A stretch of 64,000 nucleotides of DNA from an uncultured Acidimicrobiales bacterium (GCA_963735375.1 CAVTKS010000005.1:256152-320151), one strand, 5' to 3'. Counted from the first letter of the stretch, positions 40,527 to 51,055 are shown. Numbers and translations are program-made. The notes: generated by a model not told the origin, from the sequence alone.

Positions 40527-41528
40527 CTATCGGGTCGTCGCCACCGGGGTGGCCGCGCCCTCGTCGGTCACCGCGATGACCTCTGGCTGCGGGGTGGCGT
40601 CGACCGCTGCCTGGCGGGCGATCGCCTGGGTCGCCTCGGTGGTGCCGAGCGACAGCCACAGGCGCAGCACGGCGATCCACACGAGGGTCGCACCGAGGAC
40701 GTGGAACGCCACGAGCAGCGCCGGCACCCCGACGAAGTACTGCCAGTAGCCGATCGCCGCCTGGGCCAGGAGCACCACCAGCAGCTCGTGGCTGCGGCGG
40801 ACGACGGACGGTGCCGCGTCGCCACGGTGGGCCATGCGCACGACGACGACCGTCAGGGCGAGGAACACGATCATCGACAGGCCGTGGACCCGGGCCACCG
40901 TGCCCACCTCCAGAGCGAGGCGGTCGGCCCGGTCGTCGCCGGCGTGGGGGCCGCTGCCGGTCACCAGGGTGCCGGTGATCAGCACCAGACCCGCTGCCAC
41001 GAGGAGAAGCTTGCACGCCGTGACGAACCCGTCGGTGGCCGCCCGCCGGCGCGGCTGGTCGGGCGCGGCGTCGCCCTCGGCGCCGGCGCGCTCGTAGAGC
41101 AGGAGGGCGTTCCAGATGGCGCCCAGCGCCAGCACGAAGTGGCCGATCACCGAGACGGGCGACAGGTGGAGCCAGACGACGAGCGCTCCCACCAGGCCGT
41201 TGGACAGCACCCAGGCGAACACACCCAGGGCCAGGCGGAACAGGTCGGAGCGCCGGGGGCGCCGCAGGTGGGCGCCCACCACCGCGGCGATGGCGAGGAG
41301 GCCGACGGCGGCGTTGGCCAACCGGTTGGCGAACTCGATCATCGCGTGGGTGTCCGACGCCGACCGGGGGGTGAAGCTGTCGGGCTCGCACGACGGCCAG
41401 GTGGAACAGCCGAGGCCCGAACCGGTCAGCCGCACGCCGGCGCCGGCGACCGTGATGAGCACCAGCGACACGAGGGTGGCCAGCGCGATCGAGCGGTAGG
41501 TGGCGGGAGAGAGGCGGGGGAGCCGCAC
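40527..41528 (-). CDS. ctaA: Heme A synthase (COX15/CtaA)
   Basis: Contains [12 protein letters not shown], eight helices and conserved His positions ([16 protein letters not shown]). Confidence 0.9.
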   Translation of the reverse strand: MRLPRLSPATYRSIALATLVSLVLITVAGAGVRLTGSGLGCSTWPSCEPDSFTPRSASDTHAMIEFANRLANAAVGLLAIAAVVGAHLRRPRRSDLFRLALGVFAWVLSNGLVGALVVWLHLSPVSVIGHFVLALGAIWNALLLYERAGAEGDAAPDQPRRRAATDGFVTACKLLLVAAGLVLITGTLVTGSGPHAGDDRADRLALEVGTVARVHGLSMIVFLALTVVVVRMAHRGDAAPSVVRRSHELLVVLLAQAAIGYWQYFVGVPALLVAFHVLGATLVWIAVLRLWLSLGTTEATQAIARQAAVDATPQPEVIAVTDEGAATPVATTR

Positions 41529-41647
41529 GACGCTCAGGGTAGGAGCCGCGCCCCCGGCGAGCCGAATACGGGTCGCCGTCGGCCGGCCGGGAGCCGGTGC
41601 GCTGCGTTGGCTCCCCTCGGGAGGCCAGACCTAGGCTGCGCCGCGTT

Positions 41648-42553
<906 letters not shown>

Positions 42554-42635
42554 TGGCCTGCCTGCTCATTCGTAGCCTCAAGACGCATGTGACTAGATTC
42601 CCGAGCACAGCCAGTCTCCTGACCAGGGTGCGTTC

Positions 42636-44286
42636 ATGACCGTGACCGAAGCTCCCCGCGACGCCGCCGTCGAGGCCGCCGCTGCGCCGTCCCTGTCGGC
42701 TCCGCCGACCGGGTTGGCCGCCGTGGTCGGCTCGGGCGACCCGCGCACCATCGGCAAACTGTTCGTCGGCACGTCGCTGCTGTTCCTGATCGCCGCCGGG
42801 GTCGCCGGTGCACTGGTCGGGATCGAGCAGTACGACGTATCCGGCAGCGAGATCTTCGGCGCCGACACCGCGCTCCGGGTCTTCACCCTCCACTCCACCG
42901 CGGCGCTGTTCCTCGGGGTGGTGCCCCTGCTGATCGGGCTCGCCACCGCCATCGTGCCGTTGCAGGTGGGAGCGTCCACGGTCGCCTTCCCCCGGGCCAG
43001 CGCCGCCGCCTACTGGGTGTGGCTGGCGTCGAGCGGCCTCGTCCTCGCCTCCTACGCCATCGATGGCGGCCCGTTCGGCACCGAGCTCGACGCGGTGGGC
43101 CTGTACGTGGCCGGCCTCATCGCCGTCGTCATCGCCCTGGCGGTGGCCACCCTGTCGGTCGTGACCACGGTGCTCACGCTGCGGGCGCCGGGTATGAGCC
43201 TGCGCCGCACGCCGCTGTTCTCGTGGTCGATCCTGGCGGCGGGCACGGTGTGGCTGCTGACGCTGCCCGTCCTCGCCGGCGTGCTGCTGCTCACCTACCT
43301 CGACCTGCGCTACGGCCAGCAGTTCCTCGGGGGCAGCGGCGGCGTGTGGGATCGCATCGCCTGGCTGTTCTGGCAGCCCTCGCTCTACCTCGTGGCCGTG
43401 CCGGCGCTCGGCATCATCGCCGACATCGTGCCGGTCTTCGGCCGGCGCCGGCACCAGCGCCACGGTGCCGCCATGTTCCTCATCGGCCTCGCCGCCGCGC
43501 TGGGCTTCGGTGCGTGGGCGCAGATCGGCGCCAGCGTCGACGGCAGCGAGTCCCCGACGCCGTGGTTGTTCGAGGGCCCGTGGATCGTCGTCGGGTTCCT
43601 GGCCATCGTGCCGGTGCTCGGCCTGCTGGGTCTGTGGAGCGCCACCCTCGCCAAGGGCAAGGTCAAGGTCGGCACGCCGCTGATCCTCGCCCAGCTCTCC
43701 GGGCTGCTCGTGCTCCTCGGCGTCGCCGCCGGTGGCGCCACGGTCATCGAGGACCTCGATCTCGACAACACCACGTGGATGACCGCCCAGGCCGACCTCG
43801 TGCTGGTGGGCGCTGCGCTCGGCGGGCTCGCCGGTGTCGGCGTTCTGGGCGCCCAAGCTCTACGGCAAGCTGCTGCCCGACGCGGTCACCCGGTTGGGCG
43901 GCACCATCGTGTTCCTCGGTGCGCTCGTCGCCGCCGTGCCGCAGGCCATCGCCGGGCTCAGCTACGGCCAGGCCCGCCTCGTCGCGGGCGGCGCCGGCAC
44001 GGTCGATGCCGGTGACCTCGAGACGGTCGAGACGCTCAACCTGGTGTCGGGCATCGGCCTCGCCGTCGTCGTGCTGGGTGGCGTCGTCGTCGCCCTGGCG
44101 CTGCTGAAGCCCCGCGCCGGCGACGGCCCCGGCGACGACCCGTGGGACGGCCACACCCTCGAGTGGGCCACAACCTCACCACCGGCGGTCGGCCATTTCG
44201 CCTCGCTGCCGGAGATCACGTCCGAGGCCCCGGTCTACGACGCCCGCCACGCCGCCGCGGCCGAGAACACGGAGGCATCCGCCTGA
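42636..44286 (+). pseudogene. Heme-copper oxidase subunit I paralog lacking most metal ligands; reading frame broken near 43833
   Basis: Colinear with CtaD in this window. However FGHPEVY becomes FWQPSLY, WAHHMF becomes WAQIGA and VAHFHYV becomes TAQADLV. Only the first His (FTLHST) is kept. The C-terminal part (SAFWAPKLYGK...DPWDGHTLEWATTSPP) continues in the +1 frame from 43834. Confidence 0.75.
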
Positions 44287-44897
44287 TGGCCACCGCCACC
44301 ACCGACCTGGAGATCTTCTCCGCGGCGCCGCCCGCGCCGCCGGCCCGCCCCCGCGTGTTGCTCGTCGGCACCGCGTTGGCTGCCGGCAGTGCCGCGATGG
44401 TGATCCTCTCGCTCATCGGCTTCTACGCCAAGCTGCGCTCCGACGTGATCGCCAGCGGCGAGATCTGGCTGCCGGATGAGGGCAACCTGCAGCTCACGCC
44501 CGGCAGCATGGGCATGGTCACCCTGCTCCTGTCACTGCTGACCGTCGCCTGGGTGGTGCAGGCCCTGCGCAACGAGGATCGCGGCCACGCCCTCATGGCG
44601 TTCGGTATCACGCTGCTCCTCGGCGCCGCCTACATCAACGGCGTCGCCTACGGCTGGCAGCAGTTCGGGCTCGGCGTCACCAGCTCGACGCAGGCGCTGC
44701 TGATCTACACGATCACCGCCCTGCACGTCGCCATGGTCGGCGTCGGCATGCTCTATCTGGCCGTCATGGCGTTCCGCGCCGTGGGCGGCCAGTACACCGG
44801 CCGCGCCGCCGAAGGCGTCAGCGCCGCCGCCCTGTACTGGTTCGTGACCGTGGCCGTGTACGCCGCGGTCTGGTACACGATCACCATCATCAAGTGA
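44286..44897 (+). CDS. Heme-copper oxidase subunit III-like membrane protein
   Basis: A five-helix protein with a subunit-III-like C-terminus (AALYWFVTVAVYAAVWYTI). TGATG overlap with the preceding gene. Confidence 0.65.
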   Translation: MATATTDLEIFSAAPPAPPARPRVLLVGTALAAGSAAMVILSLIGFYAKLRSDVIASGEIWLPDEGNLQLTPGSMGMVTLLLSLLTVAWVVQALRNEDRGHALMAFGITLLLGAAYINGVAYGWQQFGLGVTSSTQALLIYTITALHVAMVGVGMLYLAVMAFRAVGGQYTGRAAEGVSAAALYWFVTVAVYAAVWYTITIIK

Positions 44898-44901
44898 GGC
44901 C

Positions 44902-45720
44902 ATGAGGATGATCACCACCGGTTCCAAGTGGTTCTTCGGCCTCGGGTTCGTCACGCTCGTCCTGGCGGCCGCCTACGGCTGGACGACTGGCGGCAACGGC
45001 CTCGGCCCGTTGACGGTCGGCTACAAGGGGGCCGTCGGCGATCACTTCGGCTACGGCGTCCTGGTGTCGGCTGCCGTCGTCAGCCTCGTCCTCGGCCTGG
45101 TGGCCTCGGCCTCCCGTGACGCCGAGGCCGTCTCGGTCGCCCAGGTGGCCGGCACCGACACCGTCCCGCCGGTCACGCCGGCCGGCGCCAGCTACTGGCC
45201 GCCGATCGCCGCGTTCGGCGCGGCGCTGGTCGTCGTCGGCCTGGTGGCCGAGCCCCTGATGTTCGTCTTCGGCCTGATCGTGCTCGGCATCGTGCTGGTC
45301 GAGTGGGCAGCGCAGGCGTGGGCCGACCGCGCCACGGGCGACGCCGAGACCAACCGGCGCATCCGCAACCGCCTGATGAACCCGATCGAGTACCCGGCGG
45401 CCGGCGTGCTGGCGCTCGCCGTGCTGGCGGTGGCGTTCTCCCGTGTGTTCCTGGCGCTGTCGCCCGACGTCGCGGTGTGGATCGCGCTGGTCGCTTCAGT
45501 TGTCATCGTCGGCGCGGGCTTCCTGATCGCCTCGCGCCCCAAGATCAGCTCGAACGTGGTCGTGGGCCTGCTGGTCGTCGGTGCCCTCGTGGTCATCGGC
45601 ATCGGCGTCGGTGGCGCTGTCGCCGGCACCCGCGAGTTCCACGAGCACGAGGAAGAGCCCGGTGGCGACCACGGCGCCTTTCCGCCGGCCGCCCCGGTGA
45701 TCGTCGAGGTGGCCCGGTGA
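44902..45720 (+). CDS. Membrane protein with a CtaF (actinobacterial subunit IV)-like helix pair plus extra helices and a His/Glu-rich tail
   Basis: ASYWPPIAAFGAALVVVGLV...LIVLGIVLVEWA resembles the SYWP helix pair at the CtaD C-terminus in this window. Lies 4 nt after the previous gene. Confidence 0.55.
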   Translation: MRMITTGSKWFFGLGFVTLVLAAAYGWTTGGNGLGPLTVGYKGAVGDHFGYGVLVSAAVVSLVLGLVASASRDAEAVSVAQVAGTDTVPPVTPAGASYWPPIAAFGAALVVVGLVAEPLMFVFGLIVLGIVLVEWAAQAWADRATGDAETNRRIRNRLMNPIEYPAAGVLALAVLAVAFSRVFLALSPDVAVWIALVASVVIVGAGFLIASRPKISSNVVVGLLVVGALVVIGIGVGGAVAGTREFHEHEEEPGGDHGAFPPAAPVIVEVAR

Positions 45721-45764
45721 TCCGTCGTAGCTCGCGTCCTGCACGAGGACCTCAAGGAGAAGGC

Positions 45765-46970
45765 ATGTCCAACGGCCAGCAGCCGGGCCGCGAGTCCGGA
45801 GGCCCGCGCCGCCGTCGCTTCGCGCCCCTGGCGCTCGTCCTGCCGCTGGTGCTGTTCCTCGGCGCCTGTGCGTCGGACGCCCCGCAGTCCACGCTCGAGC
45901 CCAAGGGGCCCATCGCCCGCAGCATCGACAGCCTGTGGGACGGGGTGTTCCTCATCGCCGTGGTGGTGTTCATCCTGGTCGAGTTCGGCACCCTGGCGCT
46001 GGTCATCAGGTTCCGTCGCCGCCGCAACGACAGCGACGACGACCTGCCCACCCAGACGCACGGCAACACCAAGCTCGAGATCGCCTGGACGATCCTGCCG
46101 GCGGTCATGCTCGCCGTGGTCGGGTTCTTCACGCTGCGCACGCTGTTCGACATCAACGAGCGCAACGACGACGACCTGACCGTCCAGGTCACCGGCCAGC
46201 AGTGGTGGTGGGAGTTCGCCTACGACACCAACGGCGACGGCGAGTTCGACGACGAGCCGGTGCTCACGGCCAATGACCTCGTCATCCCGGCGGGTGTGGA
46301 CGTCAACCTCGACATCCAGTCCAACGACGTCATCCATTCGTTCTGGATCCCCGCCCTCAACGGCAAGAAGGACGCCGTGCCGGGCCGCACGCACCCGCTC
46401 CGCATCAACGCCGACGAACCCGGCACCTACGTCGGGCAGTGCACCGAGTTCTGTGGTCTGTCCCACGCCTACATGCGCCAGCGGGTCGTCGCCCTCGAGC
46501 CCGACGAGTTCGAGGCGTGGCTCGAGGAGCAGCAGGACGACGCGGAGATGCCCACCGAGGAGCGTGCCGCCGGCGGCGCCGAGCTGTTCACCACCCAGTG
46601 CTCGGGGTGCCACCTGGCCCGGGGCATCAACGACTCGGAGTTCGAGGAGCAGGGCGACGGCACCGAGCTGATCGTGTCCGAGAACGCGCCCGACCTGACG
46701 CACTTCGCCAGCCGCGGCACCTTCGCCGGGGCCATCTTCGACCTGTGGGTCGACCAGGACGGCGACGAGATCATCGAGGCGGACGAGATCGGCGTCGAGC
46801 TGAACCGCGGGGCCCTCGAGGCCTGGCTCCGCAACCCGCCGGCCGAGAAGCCCATGGACGCCCCACACGTGCCCGAGCCGGGCGGCGACAAGGTGCGGGG
46901 CATGCCCAACTTCAACCTGCAGGAGGACCAGATCGACCAGCTGGTCGACTTCCTCGCGGGCCTGGACTGA
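45765..46970 (+). CDS. ctaC: Cytochrome c oxidase subunit II with a fused C-terminal cytochrome c domain (caa3 type)
   Basis: Lipobox LGAC, CuA site HSFWIPALNGKKD...CTEFCGLSHAYM and heme c motif CSGCH. AAGGAGA precedes the ATG at 45765. Confidence 0.93.
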   Translation: MSNGQQPGRESGGPRRRRFAPLALVLPLVLFLGACASDAPQSTLEPKGPIARSIDSLWDGVFLIAVVVFILVEFGTLALVIRFRRRRNDSDDDLPTQTHGNTKLEIAWTILPAVMLAVVGFFTLRTLFDINERNDDDLTVQVTGQQWWWEFAYDTNGDGEFDDEPVLTANDLVIPAGVDVNLDIQSNDVIHSFWIPALNGKKDAVPGRTHPLRINADEPGTYVGQCTEFCGLSHAYMRQRVVALEPDEFEAWLEEQQDDAEMPTEERAAGGAELFTTQCSGCHLARGINDSEFEEQGDGTELIVSENAPDLTHFASRGTFAGAIFDLWVDQDGDEIIEADEIGVELNRGALEAWLRNPPAEKPMDAPHVPEPGGDKVRGMPNFNLQEDQIDQLVDFLAGLD

Positions 46971-46985
46971 GTAGTAGGAATCCAC

Positions 46986-49109
46986 ATGGCGATCGTCGAA
47001 CGCCCGACTGCACCCCTCGAGCTGACCACAGGGGCAACCACCGTCAACCGGCCGCTGGGCGGCTTCTCGCGCCCGACCGCGACCACCGGCTGGAAGAGCT
47101 GGCTCACCAGCGTCGACCACAAGCGCATCGGCATCATGTACGCCGCCGCCGCGCTGTTCTTCTTCACCCTCGGCGGGTTCGAGGCCGTGCTCATCCGGCT
47201 GCAGCTGGCGGCACCCGGGCAGAAGCTCTACTCGGCCGACCTGTACAACCAGCTGTTCACCATGCACGGCGTGACGATGATCTTCCTGGTCGTCATCCCG
47301 CTCGGCGCGGCGTTCATGAACTACCTGATGCCGCTGCAGATCGGCGCCCGTGACGTCGCGTTCCCGCGGCTCAACGCGTTCAGCTTCTGGTGCTTCCTCG
47401 GCGGCGGCCTCATGCTGAACACGTCGTGGTTCCTGGGCGGCGGTGCCGACGGCGGCTGGTTCGCGTATGCCCCCAACACGGGCGTGACGTTCTCACCCAG
47501 CCACGGCATGGACTTCTACGCCCTTGGCCTGCAGATCACCGGCATCGCCTCGCTCGTCGGTGCCATCAACCTGGTGGTCACGGTGCTCAACATGCGGGCG
47601 CCCGGCATGACGATGATGAAGATGCCGGTCTTCACCTGGATGGGCCTCGTCACCCAGCTGCTGCTGGTGTTCGCCCTGCCGGTCCTCTCGATCGCGTTGT
47701 TCCTGCTCACCTTCGACCGGCTGTTCGACGCCAACTTCTTCAACGTGTCGCAGGGCGCCGACCCGTTGTTGTGGGAGCACCTGTTCTGGATCTTCGGCCA
47801 CCCGGAGGTCTACATCCTGATCCTGCCCGCCTTCGGCATCGTGTCCGAGATCATCCCGGTGTTCTCCCGCAAGCCCATCTTCGGTTACCCGTTCATGGTG
47901 TTCTCGGGCATCGCCATCGGCTTCATGGGCTGGGGCGTGTGGGCCCACCACATGTTCGCCTCCGGCATGGGGCCGCTGTCGGTGGCCGCGTTCTCGATGT
48001 CGACCATGTTCATCGCCGTGCCCACCGGCGTGAAGATCCTGAACTGGCTGGCGACCATGTGGGGCGGCAAGTTGCGCTTCACCACGCCGATGCTGTTCGC
48101 CATCGGCCTGGTCACGATGTTCACCATCGGCGGCCTGTCGGGCGTCACCCACGCGGTGGCCCCGTCCGACACGCAGCAGACCGACACGTACTACATCGTC
48201 GCCCACTTCCACTACGTGATCTTCGGTGGTGCTCTGCTGGGCTTCCTGGGCGGCTTCTACTTCTGGTGGCCCAAGGTGTTCGGGTGGATGCTCGACGAGA
48301 AGTTGGGCAAATGGCACTTCTGGACGATCCTGATCGGGTTCAACCTGACGTTCGGGCCCATGCACATCCTGGGCCTGCAGGGCATGCCCAGGCGCATGCA
48401 CACCTACGTCGCCGGCTACGGGTTCGACTTCTGGAACATGGCGTCGACCGTGGGCGCGCTCGTCATCGCCGTGTCGATGCTGATCTTCGCCTGGAACATC
48501 CTGAGGAGCTGGCGGGCCCACAAGGCCAACCCGGTCGACCCAGGGCCCGACCCGTGGGACGCACGCAGCCTCGAGTGGATGGTCCCGTCGCCGGTGCCCG
48601 CCCACAACTTCGACGAGACGCCCACCGTGTCGCACCTCGACGAGTTCTGGCACCGCAAGTACCAGGAAGACGAGACCGGCAAGGTCGTGCGGGTGGCCAC
48701 CGGCGCCGAGGTCGCCCAGAAGGGTGACGCCACCGACGTCCACCTGCCGTCGCCCTCCTACTGGCCGCTCGTCATGGCCGCCGGGCTGCCCATCATCGGC
48801 TACGGCCTGATCTTCAACCTGGGCTTCGCCGCCCTGGGCGGGCTGATCGTGGTGATCGGCGGCTTCGGGTGGGGCTACGAGCCCGCGGACGACCCGGAGG
48901 CCCACCACGGCCCCAACGGGCACGATGGTCACGACGACGGCCACGACGGCGCCGAGGCCGAGCCCGACGAGGTCGACGGCGGCGACGAGACCGCGGGCGA
49001 CGCGACCGCCGGCGCCGGCGAGCCGCAGCCCGCCGGTGTGTCGGCGTCCACCGCCTCCACTCCGTCCACCGCCTCCGAGTCCGACGAGAAGGCTCCCTCC
49101 GATGACTGA
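46986..49109 (+). CDS. ctaD: Cytochrome c oxidase subunit I with a C-terminal CtaF-like helix pair and a His/Asp-rich tail
   Basis: All canonical ligands are present (FTMHGV, FGHPEVY, WAHHMF, AHFHYV). It has an extra roughly 130 aa (PSPSYWPLVMAAGLPIIGYGLIF..., HHGPNGHDGHDDGHDG). Confidence 0.95.
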   Translation: MAIVERPTAPLELTTGATTVNRPLGGFSRPTATTGWKSWLTSVDHKRIGIMYAAAALFFFTLGGFEAVLIRLQLAAPGQKLYSADLYNQLFTMHGVTMIFLVVIPLGAAFMNYLMPLQIGARDVAFPRLNAFSFWCFLGGGLMLNTSWFLGGGADGGWFAYAPNTGVTFSPSHGMDFYALGLQITGIASLVGAINLVVTVLNMRAPGMTMMKMPVFTWMGLVTQLLLVFALPVLSIALFLLTFDRLFDANFFNVSQGADPLLWEHLFWIFGHPEVYILILPAFGIVSEIIPVFSRKPIFGYPFMVFSGIAIGFMGWGVWAHHMFASGMGPLSVAAFSMSTMFIAVPTGVKILNWLATMWGGKLRFTTPMLFAIGLVTMFTIGGLSGVTHAVAPSDTQQTDTYYIVAHFHYVIFGGALLGFLGGFYFWWPKVFGWMLDEKLGKWHFWTILIGFNLTFGPMHILGLQGMPRRMHTYVAGYGFDFWNMASTVGALVIAVSMLIFAWNILRSWRAHKANPVDPGPDPWDARSLEWMVPSPVPAHNFDETPTVSHLDEFWHRKYQEDETGKVVRVATGAEVAQKGDATDVHLPSPSYWPLVMAAGLPIIGYGLIFNLGFAALGGLIVVIGGFGWGYEPADDPEAHHGPNGHDGHDDGHDGAEAEPDEVDGGDETAGDATAGAGEPQPAGVSASTASTPSTASESDEKAPSDD

Positions 49110-49731
49110 CACCGCGTTCGCCACGCACGATCCCGATCCGGCGCTCCATCCCAAGGGCGTGCCCACCCACGACACGAGCACCGGCGTCTCCAACGAGAAG
49201 CTGGCCATGTGGGTGTTCCTCGGGTCGGACTGCCTGCTCTTCGGTGGGCTCATCTCGACGTACCTGCTGCTGCGGCACCGCTCCGTTGCCGGCCCGGGGC
49301 CCGAGGACGTGTTCGACATCCCGTTCACGTCGGTGTCGAGCTTCGTGCTGCTGTTCAGCTCGCTGACCATGGCGCTCGCCGTCGGTGCGATCCACCGGGG
49401 CGACGAGCGCCGCTGCCGCACCTTCCTGCTCACCACCTCGCTGCTGGGCGGGGTGTTCATCGCCGGGCAGGTCTACGAGTTCACGTCCTTCGTCAAGGAG
49501 GGGCTGGGCTACACGACCAACATCTTCGGGTCGGCCTTCTACACGCTCACCGGCTTCCACGGCGTGCACGTCAGCGTGGGCATCATCCTCCTGCTGACGT
49601 TGTTCGTGATGTCGCTACGGGGCAACCTGGGGGCAGAGCGAGCCGAGACCGTCGAGATCTTCGGCCTCTACTGGCACTTCGTCGACATCGTGTGGATCCT
49701 GATCTTCACGATCGTCTACCTGATCCCGTGA
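49102..49731 (+). CDS. ctaE: Cytochrome c oxidase subunit III
   Basis: Contains FYTLTGFHGVHVSVG and YWHFVDIVW. The ATG at 49102 overlaps the ctaD stop by 8 nt. Confidence 0.92.
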   Translation: MTDTAFATHDPDPALHPKGVPTHDTSTGVSNEKLAMWVFLGSDCLLFGGLISTYLLLRHRSVAGPGPEDVFDIPFTSVSSFVLLFSSLTMALAVGAIHRGDERRCRTFLLTTSLLGGVFIAGQVYEFTSFVKEGLGYTTNIFGSAFYTLTGFHGVHVSVGIILLLTLFVMSLRGNLGAERAETVEIFGLYWHFVDIVWILIFTIVYLIP

Positions 49732-49747
49732 GTGTGGGGAGCGAACG

Positions 49748-50113
49748 ATGAGCACCGCCACCGAACCCGAATACGCCGGCGAGGCGCCGCAGGCCGGGGC
49801 CGACCACGAGGCCCACCAGCACACGCACCCCAGCGACCGCAGCTACGTCATCGTCGCCCTCATCCTCGCGGCCATCACGGCGCTCGAGGTCGGCACCTAT
49901 TTCATCGAGGACGCCAGCACGACGCTGCTGGTCGCCTCGCTGTTCCCGATGATGATCGCCAAGTTCGCCATCGTGTGCGGCTGGTTCATGCACCTCCGCT
50001 ACGACAACCCGCTGTTCAAGCGCGTGTTCGTCGGGGGCCTCGTGCTGGCCGTGTTCGTCTACACGATCGTGCTCACCACGATGGAGTTCTGGGACTCGGG
50101 CTACGGGACGTGA
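49748..50113 (+). CDS. ctaF: Cytochrome c oxidase subunit IV (Bacillus-type COX4_pro family)
   Basis: A three-helix small protein (YVIVALILAAITALEV...FAIVCGWFMHLRYD) directly after ctaE. Confidence 0.8.
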   Translation: MSTATEPEYAGEAPQAGADHEAHQHTHPSDRSYVIVALILAAITALEVGTYFIEDASTTLLVASLFPMMIAKFAIVCGWFMHLRYDNPLFKRVFVGGLVLAVFVYTIVLTTMEFWDSGYGT

Positions 50114-50119
50114 TCTGAG

Positions 50120-51055
50120 ATGAGCCTGCTCGCCGCCGGAACCGACTTCTGGCGCTGGCAGCCGCACCCGGAGGTCTGGGTGCTGGTGGGGGGTGTCGCC
50201 GTCCTGGCCGTCTACGCGATCCGCGTGGTGGGCCCCAAGGTGGTGCCCGCAGGCCAGGCTGTCGTGTCACGACAGCAGCTCGCCTGGTTCGGGCTGGGCC
50301 TCGTGCTGCTGTGGCTGGCATCCGACTGGCCGATGCACGACATCGGCGAGGAGTACCTCTTCTCGGTGCACATGACACAGCACATGGTGCTCACCTACCT
50401 GGTCCCGCCCGTGATGCTGTTGGCCACCCCCCAGTGGCTGGCCCGGCTGGTGCTCGGTCGGGGGCGGGTGAAGCAGGCCTTCTACTTCCTGGCCAGGCCC
50501 GTGCCGGCGGCCCTGCTGTTCAACGGCTTCCTGCTGTTCACGCACGCGCCCGGCGTCGTGAACATGTCGGTCGGGAACCCGCTCGTGCACTACCTCGTGC
50601 ACACGGCGCTGGTGTTCACGTCGTTCCTGCTGTGGATGCCCGTGGTGGGCCCGCTGCCCGAGCTGCGCATCTCCTACCCGGCGCAGATGCTGTACCTGTT
50701 CGTCACCTCGATCATCCCGACCGTGCCGGCCGGGTGGCTCACCTTCGCCGAGGGGTCGATCTACTCCGCCTACGACGTGCCCGACCGCCTGTGGGGCCTG
50801 ACCATCACCGACGACCAGCAGATGGCCGGCGTCATCATGAAGCTCGTCGGCGGCGGGTTCCTGTGGATCGTCATCACCACACGGTTCTTCCAGTGGGCGG
50901 CCAAGTTCAGCGACAGCGACAAGGCGATCGACCAGGCCGGGCCGGCGACCGACCTGACCTGGGCCGACGTCGAGCGCGAGTTCGACAAGCACCCGCCGGC
51001 ACAGGAGCCCACCGCCGATGTCCGGCCGGGCACAGATCCGGCCGACCCGGGCTGA
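50120..51055 (+). CDS. ctaG: Cytochrome c oxidase assembly factor CtaG (caa3-type)
   Basis: Contains WPMHDIGEEYLFSVHMTQHMVLTYLVPP and MAGVIMKL. It completes a ctaBCDEFG-like order. Confidence 0.85.
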   Translation: MSLLAAGTDFWRWQPHPEVWVLVGGVAVLAVYAIRVVGPKVVPAGQAVVSRQQLAWFGLGLVLLWLASDWPMHDIGEEYLFSVHMTQHMVLTYLVPPVMLLATPQWLARLVLGRGRVKQAFYFLARPVPAALLFNGFLLFTHAPGVVNMSVGNPLVHYLVHTALVFTSFLLWMPVVGPLPELRISYPAQMLYLFVTSIIPTVPAGWLTFAEGSIYSAYDVPDRLWGLTITDDQQMAGVIMKLVGGGFLWIVITTRFFQWAAKFSDSDKAIDQAGPATDLTWADVEREFDKHPPAQEPTADVRPGTDPADPG

